The notes under the pieces: model-generated | Databases searched by the model: none | What the model was told of the DNA's origin: nothing | What the model saw: only the letters and a program-made list of their open reading frames with translations | Assembly (NCBI GenBank): GCA_036009485.1 | Contig: DASYLQ010000316.1 | Location: forward strand, 1 to 48,728 | Direction: 5' to 3' | Origin: Janthinobacterium sp. | Lineage (GTDB): Bacteria > Pseudomonadota > Gammaproteobacteria > Burkholderiales > Burkholderiaceae_D | Length of the DNA stretch: 48,728 nt | Made by a program: the position numbers and the translations under genes | Shown here: piece after piece, positions 38,418-48,426 of the stretch | Layout of the letters: every line of letters starts with the position of its first letter | How positions within the stretch are numbered: the first letter of the stretch is position 1

Positions 38418-39736
38418 AACTTCATATCAAAAATGGCCGCCTGATCGATCCGGCGAACGGCATCGACGCTTTGCAAGACTTGTTTATCGATGCCGGCAAG
38501 GTGCTGGCGGTGACGCCGCCCGGGCAAGCCCCGGCCGGTTTTGTTGCCGACCGCACGATCGAGGCGAGCGGCCTGGTGGTCGCGCCCGGCTTCGTCGACC
38601 TGTCGGCGCGCCTGCGCGAACCCGGTTACGAATACAAGGCCACGCTGGAATCGGAAATGCAGGCGGCGATGCAAGGCGGCGTGACCAGCCTGGTTTGCCC
38701 GCCCGACACCGATCCGGTGCTGGACGAGCCTGGTCTGGTGGAAATGCTGAAGCACCGCGCCATGAGCTTGAACCAGGCCCACGTGCACCCGCTGGGCGCG
38801 CTGACGGTCGGCTTGAAAGGCCAGGCCCTGACCGAGATGGCCGAACTGACCGAAGCCGGCTGCATCGGTTTTTCGCAGGCGGAAGAGCCGGTCGAAGACA
38901 CCACCGTGCTGCTGCGCGCGCTGCAATACGCGAAGACTTTTGGATATACGGTATGGCTGCGTCCGCAGGATGCGCACATCGGCCGCGGCGGCATCGCCCA
39001 TAGCGGCCCGCTGGCCTCGCGCCTGGGCTTGGCCGGCGTGCCGGTGATGTCGGAAACCATTGCCCTGCACACGATTTTCGAATTGATGCGCGCCACCGGC
39101 GCCAGGGTCCACCTGTGCCGCATGTCGTCGGCGGCCGGCCTGGACCTGGTGCGCGCGGCCAGGAAGGAAGGCTTGCCTGTCACTTGCGACGTCGGCGCCC
39201 ACCATGTCCATATGACCGACGCCGACATCGGCTTTTTCGATTCCAACGCGCGCCTGACGCCGCCGCTGCGCAGCCAGCGCGACCGCGACGCCATCCGCCT
39301 CGCCCTGTTCGACGGCACCGTCGATGCGATGTGCTCCGATCACACCCCGGTCGACGACGATGAAAAGCTGTTGCCTTTCGGCGAAGCCTCGCCCGGCGCC
39401 ACCGGCCTGGAATTGCTGCTGTCGCTGGCCTTGAAATGGGCCGATGATTATGCCGAAGGCCAGGGCGGCGGCCAGGATGGGCCGGGCGCCATATCCCCCA
39501 TGTCCCGCGCCATCGCCCGCATCACGGCCGACGCGGCGCGCATCGCCGGCGTGCCGGGCGGCCGGCTGGGCGTTGGCGACATCGCCGACGTTTGCCTGTT
39601 CGATCCCACGGCGCGCTGGACCGTGGCCGCGCAGTCGCTGGCCAGCCAGGGCAAGCACACGCCTTTCCTCGGTTACGAGCTGTCCGGCGTGGTCAAGGCG
39701 ACCATCGTCGCCGGCCGGGTCGCATTTCAGCGTTGA
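38414..39736 (+). CDS. Dihydroorotase-like protein, probably inactive PyrC' structural subunit of ATCase
   Basis: Amidohydrolase fold, but the Zn-ligand HxH is replaced ([10 protein letters not shown]). ATGA-coupled to pyrB. Confidence 0.88.
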   Translation: MKLHIKNGRLIDPANGIDALQDLFIDAGKVLAVTPPGQAPAGFVADRTIEASGLVVAPGFVDLSARLREPGYEYKATLESEMQAAMQGGVTSLVCPPDTDPVLDEPGLVEMLKHRAMSLNQAHVHPLGALTVGLKGQALTEMAELTEAGCIGFSQAEEPVEDTTVLLRALQYAKTFGYTVWLRPQDAHIGRGGIAHSGPLASRLGLAGVPVMSETIALHTIFELMRATGARVHLCRMSSAAGLDLVRAARKEGLPVTCDVGAHHVHMTDADIGFFDSNARLTPPLRSQRDRDAIRLALFDGTVDAMCSDHTPVDDDEKLLPFGEASPGATGLELLLSLALKWADDYAEGQGGGQDGPGAISPMSRAIARITADAARIAGVPGGRLGVGDIADVCLFDPTARWTVAAQSLASQGKHTPFLGYELSGVVKATIVAGRVAFQR

Positions 39737-39752
39737 AACCTGACGGTGTGAT

Positions 39753-40490
39753 GTGAAAATCCTGCTTGCGTATCGCCTGGTGCGCGTATTGCTTCATGTA
39801 TTGAGCGGCGTGACCATCTGCGCGCTGCTGTTCCCCTGGCTGGGAAACCAGGCGCGCAACCGCCGCATCCGGCGCTGGTCGGGGCAATTGCTGGGCATGT
39901 GCAATGTCCGCGTCGAACTGGCGCCTGGCGCGGAGTCGGCCCTGGAACAGGTGATGGTGGTATGCAACCACGTTTCATGGCTGGATATCTTTGTCATCCT
40001 GTCCGTGCATCCCTGCCGCTTCGTCGCCAAGTCCGAGATCCGCGGCTGGCCGATGCTGGGCTGGCTGGCTGACAAGGCCGGCACGATTTTCATCGCCCGC
40101 GGCAACCGGCGCGATTTGCGCCACCTGTTTACGGGGCTGGTGGAAAAATTGCTGGAGGGGCAGCGGGTGGCTTTTTTCCCGGAAGGGACGACTGCGGCGC
40201 AGGGCAATTTACTGCCTTTTCATCCGAACCTGTTCGAGGCGGCGATCGATGCCAAGGTTCCCGTGCAGCCCTTTGCCGTGTCTTACCTGGATGGGCAGGG
40301 AACAGTGCATCCGGCGGTGGATTTCATCGGCGACACCAGTTTCGCCGAAAGCCTGGCGGCGATCCTGGGCGGACCGCCGGTGCGGGCCCGGCTGGCTTGC
40401 CTGGCGCCGATCGGCACCGAAGGCGCCCACCGGCGCGAGCTGGCGCAAGCTTCGTACCAGGCGGTGGCCACCGCGCTGGCCAGCGTATAA
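39753..40490 (+). CDS. 1-acyl-sn-glycerol-3-phosphate (lysophospholipid) acyltransferase family
   Basis: NHVSWLD (HX4D), FVAKSE, FIAR, FFPEGT. Confidence 0.92.
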   Translation: MKILLAYRLVRVLLHVLSGVTICALLFPWLGNQARNRRIRRWSGQLLGMCNVRVELAPGAESALEQVMVVCNHVSWLDIFVILSVHPCRFVAKSEIRGWPMLGWLADKAGTIFIARGNRRDLRHLFTGLVEKLLEGQRVAFFPEGTTAAQGNLLPFHPNLFEAAIDAKVPVQPFAVSYLDGQGTVHPAVDFIGDTSFAESLAAILGGPPVRARLACLAPIGTEGAHRRELAQASYQAVATALASV

Positions 40491-40501
40491 AGCGTATAAA
40501 A

Positions 40502-41275
40502 TTAAAGCTGGCCGGGCGGCTGGGCCTGCGGTAGCGTTGCCGGCTCGGCCGGGCTGCCGAAGATTTGCCTGTAGGCAGCGTAGAGCGCACCCTGGAAAAT
40601 GATCAGCAGCGTCATGAATAGTAATTGCAGCGCCAGCAAGTTCATGCCGAAGATGAGCATTAAAAACTGCAGCGCCAGCACGAAAATGGTAAACCAGGCG
40701 ACCGCAAACATGAAAAATGCCCTGAGCGCCCGCTGCACGGCAAAAAAACTGAAGAACATGGCTTTACCCAGGCTCATCTTCTTCCAGTAAATCAAGGGCG
40801 CGGCGAAAACGAAGGCCATCGCCACCGGAATCAGTACCAGCGCGGTCAACAAAATGCCGCCGCCGCTGGCATCGGCCGGCAGCGCATGCGGGTCGATTTG
40901 CTTGGTCATGATTTTCCACAGCAAGCCATCGTCAAGCAGGGATGCGCCAGCCAGGGTCAGCGCCAAGGCCGTCAGGTAAAGCAGCCCCACCGCCATGAGG
41001 GGGAAGACGGCGGGCTTGCGGAAACCGCTGGCCAGCAGCTTGGGGCGAACACGCTTGCCTTCTTCGATATGCAGGAAGGCTTGCATGAACGTAATGGAAA
41101 ACACCGGCATCAGGATCATTTCCGCCAGCGGGCCTATCCAGGGCACGATATTGATGAGGTGCGTCACAAACATATAGGCCAGAAGCAGAATGATCAAGCC
41201 GCCTGGTTGTTGGCGAAACAAGCCGAAGCCCTGTTTGACCCAGAGCAGGCCTGTGCGTGCGTGAAGTTTTTCCAT
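40502..41275 (-). CDS. BPSS1780-family integral membrane protein
   Basis: Start [24 protein letters not shown] at 41275, coupled to the thrB stop. About six hydrophobic segments, APLIYW, KAMFFS, YAAYRQIF. Confidence 0.8.
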   Translation of the reverse strand: MEKLHARTGLLWVKQGFGLFRQQPGGLIILLLAYMFVTHLINIVPWIGPLAEMILMPVFSITFMQAFLHIEEGKRVRPKLLASGFRKPAVFPLMAVGLLYLTALALTLAGASLLDDGLLWKIMTKQIDPHALPADASGGGILLTALVLIPVAMAFVFAAPLIYWKKMSLGKAMFFSFFAVQRALRAFFMFAVAWFTIFVLALQFLMLIFGMNLLALQLLFMTLLIIFQGALYAAYRQIFGSPAEPATLPQAQPPGQL

Positions 41276-42231
41276 CAGAATAAGGCCGGTGCGGCGGTCG
41301 CTATGCGTACACGCAAGATGCGTTCGAAGTGGGTGGGATCGTGCGGCGTGAGCAATTCCGCCGCGCGCGGCAGGTGCAGGTCGTACAGGCGCGACAGCCA
41401 GAAGCGCAGCGCCGCGGCGCGCAGCATCGGCTGCCAACTGGCCTGTTCGGCGGCGCCGAAGGGACGCACGGCGTGGTAGGCGTCGAGCAGGGCGCGCACC
41501 CGGGCCGCGTCCAGCTGGCCGCTGTCGATATCGATGCACCAGTCGTTGACAGTGACGGCGACGTCGAACAGGCAGGTATCGCAGCCGGCGAAATAGAAAT
41601 CGAAAAAGCCGGTCAGGCGTTCGCCGTCGAACATCACGTTATTGCGGAACAGGTCGGCATGCACCGGGCCGCTGGGTAATTCCTGATAGGCGGCGCAGGC
41701 CGCATAGGCTTCCTGGAACTGCATTTCCGAACGCAGCAGACGGCTTTCGCTGTCGCTCAAAAACGGCAAGACCAGCGGCGTGACCTGCTTCCACCAATCC
41801 AGGCCGCGCAAATTCGGCTGTTGCAGCGGAAAGTCGCGCGCCGCCAGGTGCATCTGCGCCAACATGGCGCCCACCGCGGCGCAATGGACCGGTTGCGGCG
41901 CCATCTGCGAACTGCCTTCGAGCTTGCTGACGATGGCCGCCGGTTTGCCGTGCAGCGCCACGATCAATTCGCCATCGGCATTCGGCACCGGCGCCGGCAC
42001 CAGCACGCCGCGGTCGGCCAGATGGCGCATCAGTTGCAGGTAAAACGGCAATTGCTCGAAGCTGAGGTTTTCAAAGATCGTCAGCACATACTCGCCGCGC
42101 TCGGTCGTGATGAAAAAATTGCTGTTCTCGATGCCGGAGGCGATGCCCTTGAGCGCCAATGCCTGACCGAGGGGAAACTGGGTGATCCACTGGCGAATAT
42201 CGTCCAGGCTGACCGGGGTAAAAACTGCCAT
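41275..42231 (-). CDS. thrB: Homoserine kinase type II (APH-like)
   Basis: [33 protein letters not shown]. Confidence 0.95.
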   Translation of the reverse strand: MAVFTPVSLDDIRQWITQFPLGQALALKGIASGIENSNFFITTERGEYVLTIFENLSFEQLPFYLQLMRHLADRGVLVPAPVPNADGELIVALHGKPAAIVSKLEGSSQMAPQPVHCAAVGAMLAQMHLAARDFPLQQPNLRGLDWWKQVTPLVLPFLSDSESRLLRSEMQFQEAYAACAAYQELPSGPVHADLFRNNVMFDGERLTGFFDFYFAGCDTCLFDVAVTVNDWCIDIDSGQLDAARVRALLDAYHAVRPFGAAEQASWQPMLRAAALRFWLSRLYDLHLPRAAELLTPHDPTHFERILRVRIATAAPALF

Positions 42232-42342
42232 GGGAAGCTAGCTAAATGATCTTGAAAGGAATATCGGAAGACACGATTACTGGCGCCGGCTCAGGACGCG
42301 GGAGCCATGTGGGCTTCCCCGCCTTGGCGCCTGGCGAGCGGC

Positions 42343-42753
42343 TTATTGCGCGCGCGGCGGCGTGTCGTCGGCAGCGTCGTCGTCGGTCGTGGTCTTTTTC
42401 TTCTTGCCGCCCAGGTCGAATTCCATCACCTTCCATTGCGGCGCGTGCACGCCGCTGTTGGTGGCGTCGCCCGGCATCGAAGTGCCGGAAGGCTGGTTGG
42501 GCCTGATGTAATACGTGCTCGGGCCGCTGGTCACCTTGATTTCCTTGACGACGCCCTGTTCGCGATGCTCGCTGACCTTGGCTTCATTGCTGGGCTGGGC
42601 GGTCACGGTGATCGGCGTGTCGCTGCCTTCCTCGATCGGTTCCAGCTTCGGCGGCGCCTGGTTGGGCTTGGCCGGCTGGATGGTCTGGGCGCTCGCCGCG
42701 GCTGCCATCAGGGAAAGGACCAGGGCGGGCCAAAGTTTGAATGTGGGCATCAT
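42343..42753 (-). CDS. Exported protein, DUF2782-like
   Basis: Signal peptide MMPTFKLWPALVLSLMAAAASA, then PPKLEPIEE, REQG.V.EIKV, YY, PQW.V..F. Confidence 0.72.
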   Translation of the reverse strand: MMPTFKLWPALVLSLMAAAASAQTIQPAKPNQAPPKLEPIEEGSDTPITVTAQPSNEAKVSEHREQGVVKEIKVTSGPSTYYIRPNQPSGTSMPGDATNSGVHAPQWKVMEFDLGGKKKKTTTDDDAADDTPPRAQ

Positions 42754-43086
42754 GATGGGTCTCGCCTCAGTTGGAGCGCGGTGCTTTGCGGTAAATTGCA
42801 TTAATTTTGTCGTGACAGGCATTGTAACAAACTGACACGCCGTTAAAAGGATTGAATACCCGGGAATGTAGCAAATTAATTTATTCCGTACATTAAATCT
42901 AGGAAACATAGGGAAAACAGCCAGGGCCGGCGATGGCGGCGCCGGGCCGCGGCGCCGTCAAACCTGCGATAATTAGATAATTCCGCATGCTTGATTTTTC
43001 TGTATTTTCTGTGCACTTTCTGTGCATTTTCTGTTATTACCGGCGCCTGCCCCGGCGGCGCGCCGCTCCCACATTTTATTGGTCTT

Positions 43087-45843
43087 ATGCAAAAAACCCT
43101 GTTGTTAGTCGACGGTTCCAGTTATCTCTACCGCGCCTTCCACGCGCTGCCCGACTTGCGCGGCCCGGGCGGCGTGCCCACCGGCGCCATCCACGGCATG
43201 ATCAATATGCTGCGCCGCCTGCGCGTCGATTATCCGGCCGCGTATATCGCCTGCGTCTTCGACGCCAAGGGCAAGACCTTCCGCGACGAGCTGTACCCGG
43301 AATACAAGGCGCAGCGCGCCTCGATGCCGGAAGACCTGGCCCTGCAGATCGAGCCCATCCACGAAGCCGTGCGCGCCATGGGCTGGCCCATCCTGATGGT
43401 CGACGGTGTCGAGGCCGACGACGTCATCGGCACGCTGGCGGTGCAGGCCGCGGCGGCCGGCATGAACACCGTGGTCTCGACCGGCGACAAGGACCTGGCC
43501 CAGCTGGTCAATTCCCAGGTCACGCTGATCAATACGATGAGCAATGAAAAGCTCGACGAGGCGGGCGTGCTGGCCAAGTTCGGCGTGCCGCCCAAGCGCA
43601 TCATCGACTACCTGTCGCTGATCGGCGATACCGTCGACAATGTGCCGGGCGTGGCCAAGGTGGGACCGAAGACGGCGGTCAAGTGGCTGGGACTGTACGA
43701 CAGCCTGGATGGCGTCATCGCCAATGCCGCCGGCATCGGCGGCGCGGTCGGCGACAACCTGCGCCAGGCGCTGGACTGGCTGCCGCAGGGGCGCGTGCTG
43801 ATCACCGTGAAGACCGATTGCGACCTGAGCAAGCATATGCTGTCGATCACCGAGTCGCTGCTGGCCAGGGAAGAGGACAAGGAGGTCTTGAAGGACTTTT
43901 ATGCCCGCTACGGCTTCAAGACCTGGTTGCGCGAGATCGCCGACAACACCGCGGCGGCCGGCAGCGCCGTGCTCAATTCGCCGGTCGGCAACGGCAATGG
44001 CGACTTGTTCGCCGACCTGACCGGCACCGGCGCCGAGCCGTTGAACTATGAAACCGTGCTGACCGAGGTCCAGCTGGACCAGTGGCTGGCCCGCATCGAC
44101 GCCGCCCAACTGACCTCGGTCGATACCGAGACCACGTCGCTAGAGCCGATGACGGCGCAAATGGTCGGCATCTCGCTGTCGGTACAGCCGGGCGCCGCCG
44201 CCTATATCCCGATGGCGCACCGGTATGCCGGCGCGCCCGAGCAACTGCCGCGCGAGCTGGTGCTGGCCAAACTCAAGCCTTGGCTGGAAGACCCCGCCAA
44301 GCCCAAGGTCGGGCAAAACCTCAAATACGACAGCCATATCTTCGCCAACCACGGCGTCACCCTGCGCGGCATCGTCCACGACACGCTGCTGCAATCGTAT
44401 GTATTCGAGTCGCACAAGTCGCACGACATGGACAGCCTGGCGCTGCGCCACCTCGATCACAAAACGATTTCCTTCGTCGACGTGTGCGGCAAGGGCGCCG
44501 GGCAGATCTGCTTCGACCAGGTCGAGCTGCAGCGCGCCACCGACTACGCCGCCGAGGATGCCGACATCACGCTGCGCCTGCATCGCACCATGATAGGCAA
44601 TGTCGAGAGCGACCCGCAGCTGGACTATATCTACCGCCACATCGAGCTGCCGACCGCCGTGGTGCTGCAAAAGATCGAGCGCAACGGCGTGCTGATCGAC
44701 GCCGAACTGCTGGCCGCCCAGTCGCATGAACTGGGAACCCGCATCGTCGAGCTGGAACAAAAGGCTTATGAACTGGCCGGCGGCCCGTTCAACCTCGGTT
44801 CGCCGAAGCAGATCGGCGAAATCTTTTTCGGCAAGCTGCAACTGCCGGTGATCAAGAAGACGCCGACCGGCGCGCCGTCGACCGACGAGGAAGTGCTGCA
44901 AAAGCTGGCCGAGGATTATCCGCTGCCGAAGGTGCTGCTGGAATACCGCGGCCTGTCGAAGCTGAAGTCGACCTATACCGACAAGCTGCCGAAGATGGTC
45001 AACCGGGCCACCGGCCGGGTCCACACCAACTATGCGCAGGCGGTGGCGGTGACGGGCCGGCTGGCCTCGAACGACCCGAACCTGCAAAACATTCCGATCC
45101 GCACCAGGGAGGGAAGGCGCATCCGCGAAGCCTTCGTCGCGCCGCCGGGCAGCGTGATCGTCTCGGCCGACTATTCGCAAATCGAGCTGCGCATCATGGC
45201 GCATATCTCCGGCGATGAAAACATGCTGCGCGCCTTCGCCGACGGCATCGACATCCACCGCGCCACCGCCGCCGAGATCTTCGGCGTGGCGCCGGCCGAG
45301 GTCGAGAGCGAGCAGCGGCGCTACGCCAAGGTCATCAACTTCGGCCTGATCTACGGCATGAGCGCCTTCGGCCTGGCCAGCAACCTGGGCATCGAACGCG
45401 GCGCGGCGCAGAGTTATATCGACCGCTATTTCGCCCGCTTTTCCGGCGTCAGGCAATATATGGACGATACGCGCCTGCAAGCCAAGGCGCGCGGCTATGT
45501 CGAGACGGTGTTCGGCCGCCGCCTGTGGCTGCCCGAGATCAATTCGCCGAACGGCCCGCGCCGCCAGGGCGCCGAACGGGCGGCGATCAACGCGCCCATG
45601 CAGGGCACGGCCGCCGACCTGATCAAGCTGGCGATGATCGCCGTGCAGGGCTGGCTGGAGACGGACGGTCTGCAAACGAAAATGATCATGCAGGTGCACG
45701 ATGAACTGGTGCTGGAAGTGCCCGATGCGGAGCTGGAACTGGTCAAGGCCAGGCTGCCGGAATTGATGGCCGGCGTGGCCGAGCTGAAGGTGCCGCTGAC
45801 GGCCGAAGTCGGCATCGGCGAGAATTGGGACGAGGCGCATTAA
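43087..45843 (+). CDS. polA: DNA polymerase I
   Basis: LVDGSSYLYRAFHA 5'-exonuclease, DTET 3'-exonuclease, ADYSQIELR, AKVINFGLIYGM, QVHDEL. ATG at 43087. Confidence 0.99.
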   Translation: MQKTLLLVDGSSYLYRAFHALPDLRGPGGVPTGAIHGMINMLRRLRVDYPAAYIACVFDAKGKTFRDELYPEYKAQRASMPEDLALQIEPIHEAVRAMGWPILMVDGVEADDVIGTLAVQAAAAGMNTVVSTGDKDLAQLVNSQVTLINTMSNEKLDEAGVLAKFGVPPKRIIDYLSLIGDTVDNVPGVAKVGPKTAVKWLGLYDSLDGVIANAAGIGGAVGDNLRQALDWLPQGRVLITVKTDCDLSKHMLSITESLLAREEDKEVLKDFYARYGFKTWLREIADNTAAAGSAVLNSPVGNGNGDLFADLTGTGAEPLNYETVLTEVQLDQWLARIDAAQLTSVDTETTSLEPMTAQMVGISLSVQPGAAAYIPMAHRYAGAPEQLPRELVLAKLKPWLEDPAKPKVGQNLKYDSHIFANHGVTLRGIVHDTLLQSYVFESHKSHDMDSLALRHLDHKTISFVDVCGKGAGQICFDQVELQRATDYAAEDADITLRLHRTMIGNVESDPQLDYIYRHIELPTAVVLQKIERNGVLIDAELLAAQSHELGTRIVELEQKAYELAGGPFNLGSPKQIGEIFFGKLQLPVIKKTPTGAPSTDEEVLQKLAEDYPLPKVLLEYRGLSKLKSTYTDKLPKMVNRATGRVHTNYAQAVAVTGRLASNDPNLQNIPIRTREGRRIREAFVAPPGSVIVSADYSQIELRIMAHISGDENMLRAFADGIDIHRATAAEIFGVAPAEVESEQRRYAKVINFGLIYGMSAFGLASNLGIERGAAQSYIDRYFARFSGVRQYMDDTRLQAKARGYVETVFGRRLWLPEINSPNGPRRQGAERAAINAPMQGTAADLIKLAMIAVQGWLETDGLQTKMIMQVHDELVLEVPDAELELVKARLPELMAGVAELKVPLTAEVGIGENWDEAH

Positions 45844-45866
45844 AACCGATTTTAAGAGCCTATTAG

Positions 45867-45894
45867 CAAGCCGGGCTGTAAAATGCCCGGTTTG
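45867..45894 (+). terminator. Stem-loop after polA (possible terminator or operator)
   Basis: CAAGCCGGGC-TGTAAAAT-GCCCGGTTTG with only a weak T-tract. Confidence 0.45.
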
Positions 45895-45971
45895 TCTTGC
45901 CGCCTGGAGTCTGTCCAACGCGATGCCCGCATCGCCGTAGCAAGCAAACCCTGGCACAAGAGGTAAGAAAA

Positions 45972-46751
45972 ATCGATCCCGTACTCATCTCCATCCTGCT
46001 GGCGACGGCCATCGCGGGCCTGTTCAGCATCACGGCGGCGGCGATCTTTTCATTTGCGCTGCTGGCCAAGGTGGTCGAGCGCATGGTCAGCCTGTCGGTC
46101 GGCATCATGTTGTCGACCTCGCTGCTGCACGCCTTGCCGGAAGCGTTCGAGTCGCAGGCCGACCCGCACAATTTGTTCGCCACCTTGCTGGCCGGTTTGC
46201 TGGCTTTTTTCCTGCTCGAGAAATTCTCGGTCCTGCGCCATTCCCACCACCACGAGGGCGACGGCCACCATCACGCGCATGGCTACGACAAGCATGCGGC
46301 CGGCAAGTCCGGCTGGATGATCCTGGTCGGCGACGGCTTGCACAATTTCACCGACGGCATCCTGATCGCCGCGGCTTTCCTGGCCGATCCGAAGCTGGGG
46401 CTGGTGACGGGGCTGGCCATCATCGCCCATGAAATTCCGCAAGAGATCGGCGATTTCATCGTCTTGCTCAATGCCGGCTTTTCGCGCACGCGGGCGTATG
46501 TGTTCAATTTATTGTGCAGCCTGATGGCGGTGCTGGGCGGCTTGCTCGGCTATTTCACGCTGGACCGCGCCAGCAACCTGATTCCCTACGTGCTGGTGTT
46601 CGCCTCGTCGGGCTTCATCTACATCGCCGTGAGCGATTTGATGCCGCAGATGCAGCGCCGCGCGACCCTGCGCGAAACCATCCCGCAGGTGCTGCTGATC
46701 GCGCTGGGCGTGGCCATGGTCCTGTTCCTCACCCGGCACCATCACGCCTGA
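45972..46751 (+). CDS. ZIP family metal (Zn) transporter
   Basis: LLHALPEA, His-rich loop HSHHHEGDGHHHAHG, GDGLHNFTDG, AHEIPQEIGDF, FIYIAVSDL. Start uncertain; best SD-supported codon is ATC at 45972. Confidence 0.9.
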   Translation: MDPVLISILLATAIAGLFSITAAAIFSFALLAKVVERMVSLSVGIMLSTSLLHALPEAFESQADPHNLFATLLAGLLAFFLLEKFSVLRHSHHHEGDGHHHAHGYDKHAAGKSGWMILVGDGLHNFTDGILIAAAFLADPKLGLVTGLAIIAHEIPQEIGDFIVLLNAGFSRTRAYVFNLLCSLMAVLGGLLGYFTLDRASNLIPYVLVFASSGFIYIAVSDLMPQMQRRATLRETIPQVLLIALGVAMVLFLTRHHHA

Positions 46752-46785
46752 GGTTTGCCCAGGCGCCGGCGCCGCGTGAAGCCGC

Positions 46786-48276
46786 TTAAAAGCCGTACTG
46801 GAAGCCGGTGGAAATCGCCGACAAGGTTTGGCCCGGCAGCGGGCCGCCGGTATTCGTGCGCGGCGACAGGATGGGCGCGCCGTGGCCTTCGCCCGCGCCC
46901 AAGCCGTAGTGGGCGCCCGCATCCTGCTTCAGGTAGGCGCCGATCAGGTACAGGCTGGCCTGCTTGTCGATGTGATATTTGAGGCCGATGCTGTACAGGT
47001 CGGCAGTATCGGCCAGGCCCGGGAATTTCGGGCTGCCCGGCGTCTGGCCGGCGTGCGCCCAGGCCCCCATCAAGTCGACATCGTGGCTCAGGTCTTGCAC
47101 ATCGCTAAAGTAATAGCCGCTGCGCGCCCGCTCGTTCTGCGCCGGATTGATACCGCCGTTGCGGTACAGTTTTTCGTAAATTGCCGACACCCTGTTACCG
47201 ATCGGGAAGCTGTAGGAAAGCCCGACCTTGGCCGCGCTTTCATTCGACACGATGCCGCCGGCGTCCGACGTGCGGTTGGCGGCGTCGTGCATCTCCCAGT
47301 CGACGGTGGCCAGCAGCGGCCCGGATACATAGGTAAGCGCGGCGCTCCAGGCATTCTTGAAGGCGCCGTCATTGCACAGGGTCTGGGTGCCGGCGGTGTT
47401 GGGCGTGGCCCCGTTCAAGCTGGTTTGCTGCGAACCCGAGCATACCAGCTCCCCCTGTGGAAAGGCGTTGTTCGAGGCCGCCGGCAAGTCGTCCAGCTTC
47501 TGGCCCGGCGAGAACAGGGCGCTGAAGCTGAAGCCGCCGATGTTCGGCGATTCGTAGGCGATGGCGTGCGGTAGGCGGTCGTCGAACTCGGCCCGGCCTT
47601 CGCCGGCGCTGTTGCCCATGATGGCGTTGTAGTCGCCCAGGCTGGCGGCGAAGGGATCCATGGCCGCGGTCGCGCGCTTGTACGGCGCGTCGAATTTGCC
47701 CAGCATGATACGGCCGAAATGGCCCTCGATGCCGGCAAAGGAATTGCGCGAGGCGACAGCGCTGGCCGCGGTCGGCGTGCCGGAAATCTCGGCCATCGTC
47801 TCGATCTGGAAGATGGCGCGGAATCCGGTCGAACCCAGGTCCTTGCCGCCGCGTACGCCCAGGAAGGATTCATTGGACGACACCTGGTTCAGGTGCTGGC
47901 GGCCGTTCTTGCCCGAGTCGGCCGACAGGTCGGCCATGCCGTACAGGGTCAGCTCGGCGCCGCCTATATGCGTGGTCAATGGCGCGTCGGGCGCCGCGGC
48001 GGGTTGCGCCGCCGTCAAGGGAGCGGCGGCCGGGGCCTGCTGCGCCGCGGCGACGGTGGGCTGCGCCGCCTGAGGGGGCGCAGCGCTCAGGGCATTGATC
48101 TTTTCCTGCATCTGCCGCATGTCCTGCATTTGCTGCTGGTTTTGTTTTTGCAAGGCGAGCATCTGTTGTTTCAGCGCTTCGATATCGGACGCGTTATCGG
48201 CGCTGGCGCTGTTGCTGATGCCGAGCGCCAGCAGGCAGGCGGTGGCGATTGCGGTTTTTTTCATGCTGTTTTTCAT
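46786..48276 (-). CDS. Gram-negative porin with N-terminal Gln-rich coiled-coil/linker extension
   Basis: Signal peptide, TLYG.AD.S, S.LGVRG..DLG, AIFQIE, RNSFAGI.G.FG...LGK.D.PY, terminal Phe. Start 48276 (GGAG SD) or 48264. Confidence 0.88.
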   Translation of the reverse strand: MKNSMKKTAIATACLLALGISNSASADNASDIEALKQQMLALQKQNQQQMQDMRQMQEKINALSAAPPQAAQPTVAAAQQAPAAAPLTAAQPAAAPDAPLTTHIGGAELTLYGMADLSADSGKNGRQHLNQVSSNESFLGVRGGKDLGSTGFRAIFQIETMAEISGTPTAASAVASRNSFAGIEGHFGRIMLGKFDAPYKRATAAMDPFAASLGDYNAIMGNSAGEGRAEFDDRLPHAIAYESPNIGGFSFSALFSPGQKLDDLPAASNNAFPQGELVCSGSQQTSLNGATPNTAGTQTLCNDGAFKNAWSAALTYVSGPLLATVDWEMHDAANRTSDAGGIVSNESAAKVGLSYSFPIGNRVSAIYEKLYRNGGINPAQNERARSGYYFSDVQDLSHDVDLMGAWAHAGQTPGSPKFPGLADTADLYSIGLKYHIDKQASLYLIGAYLKQDAGAHYGLGAGEGHGAPILSPRTNTGGPLPGQTLSAISTGFQYGF

Positions 48277-48412
48277 GCTAAGTCTCCATGGGTTTTATGT
48301 GGAGAGGAGCAAAACCGCATGCAGCGTTGACAACGCGGCCTTGTCGGGTCTCCGTTTTTTTGGGTTTTTATGTGCTGCCAATCAAGGTTCCCGCTGACTG
48401 TTATTCAAATCC

Positions 48413-48426
48413 TTGATCTAGGTCAA
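48413..48426. promoter_or_regulatory. FNR/CRP-family box upstream of the porin
   Basis: TTGAT-CTAG-GTCAA, one mismatch to TTGAT-N4-ATCAA. Confidence 0.65.

Noticed and set aside
40502-41275. Somewhat lower GC of the BPSS1780-family gene as a sign of horizontal transfer
   Set aside because: Explained by Phe/Ile/Met/Leu-rich membrane composition. The gene is coupled to thrB and no mobility genes are nearby.
42996-43036. LexA (SOS) box upstream of polA
   Set aside because: CTGT half-sites are all direct. No CTGT-N8-ACAG palindrome is present.
44140-45957. 605-aa antisense ORF opposite polA
   Set aside because: Antisense shadow of a conserved gene, no independent evidence.
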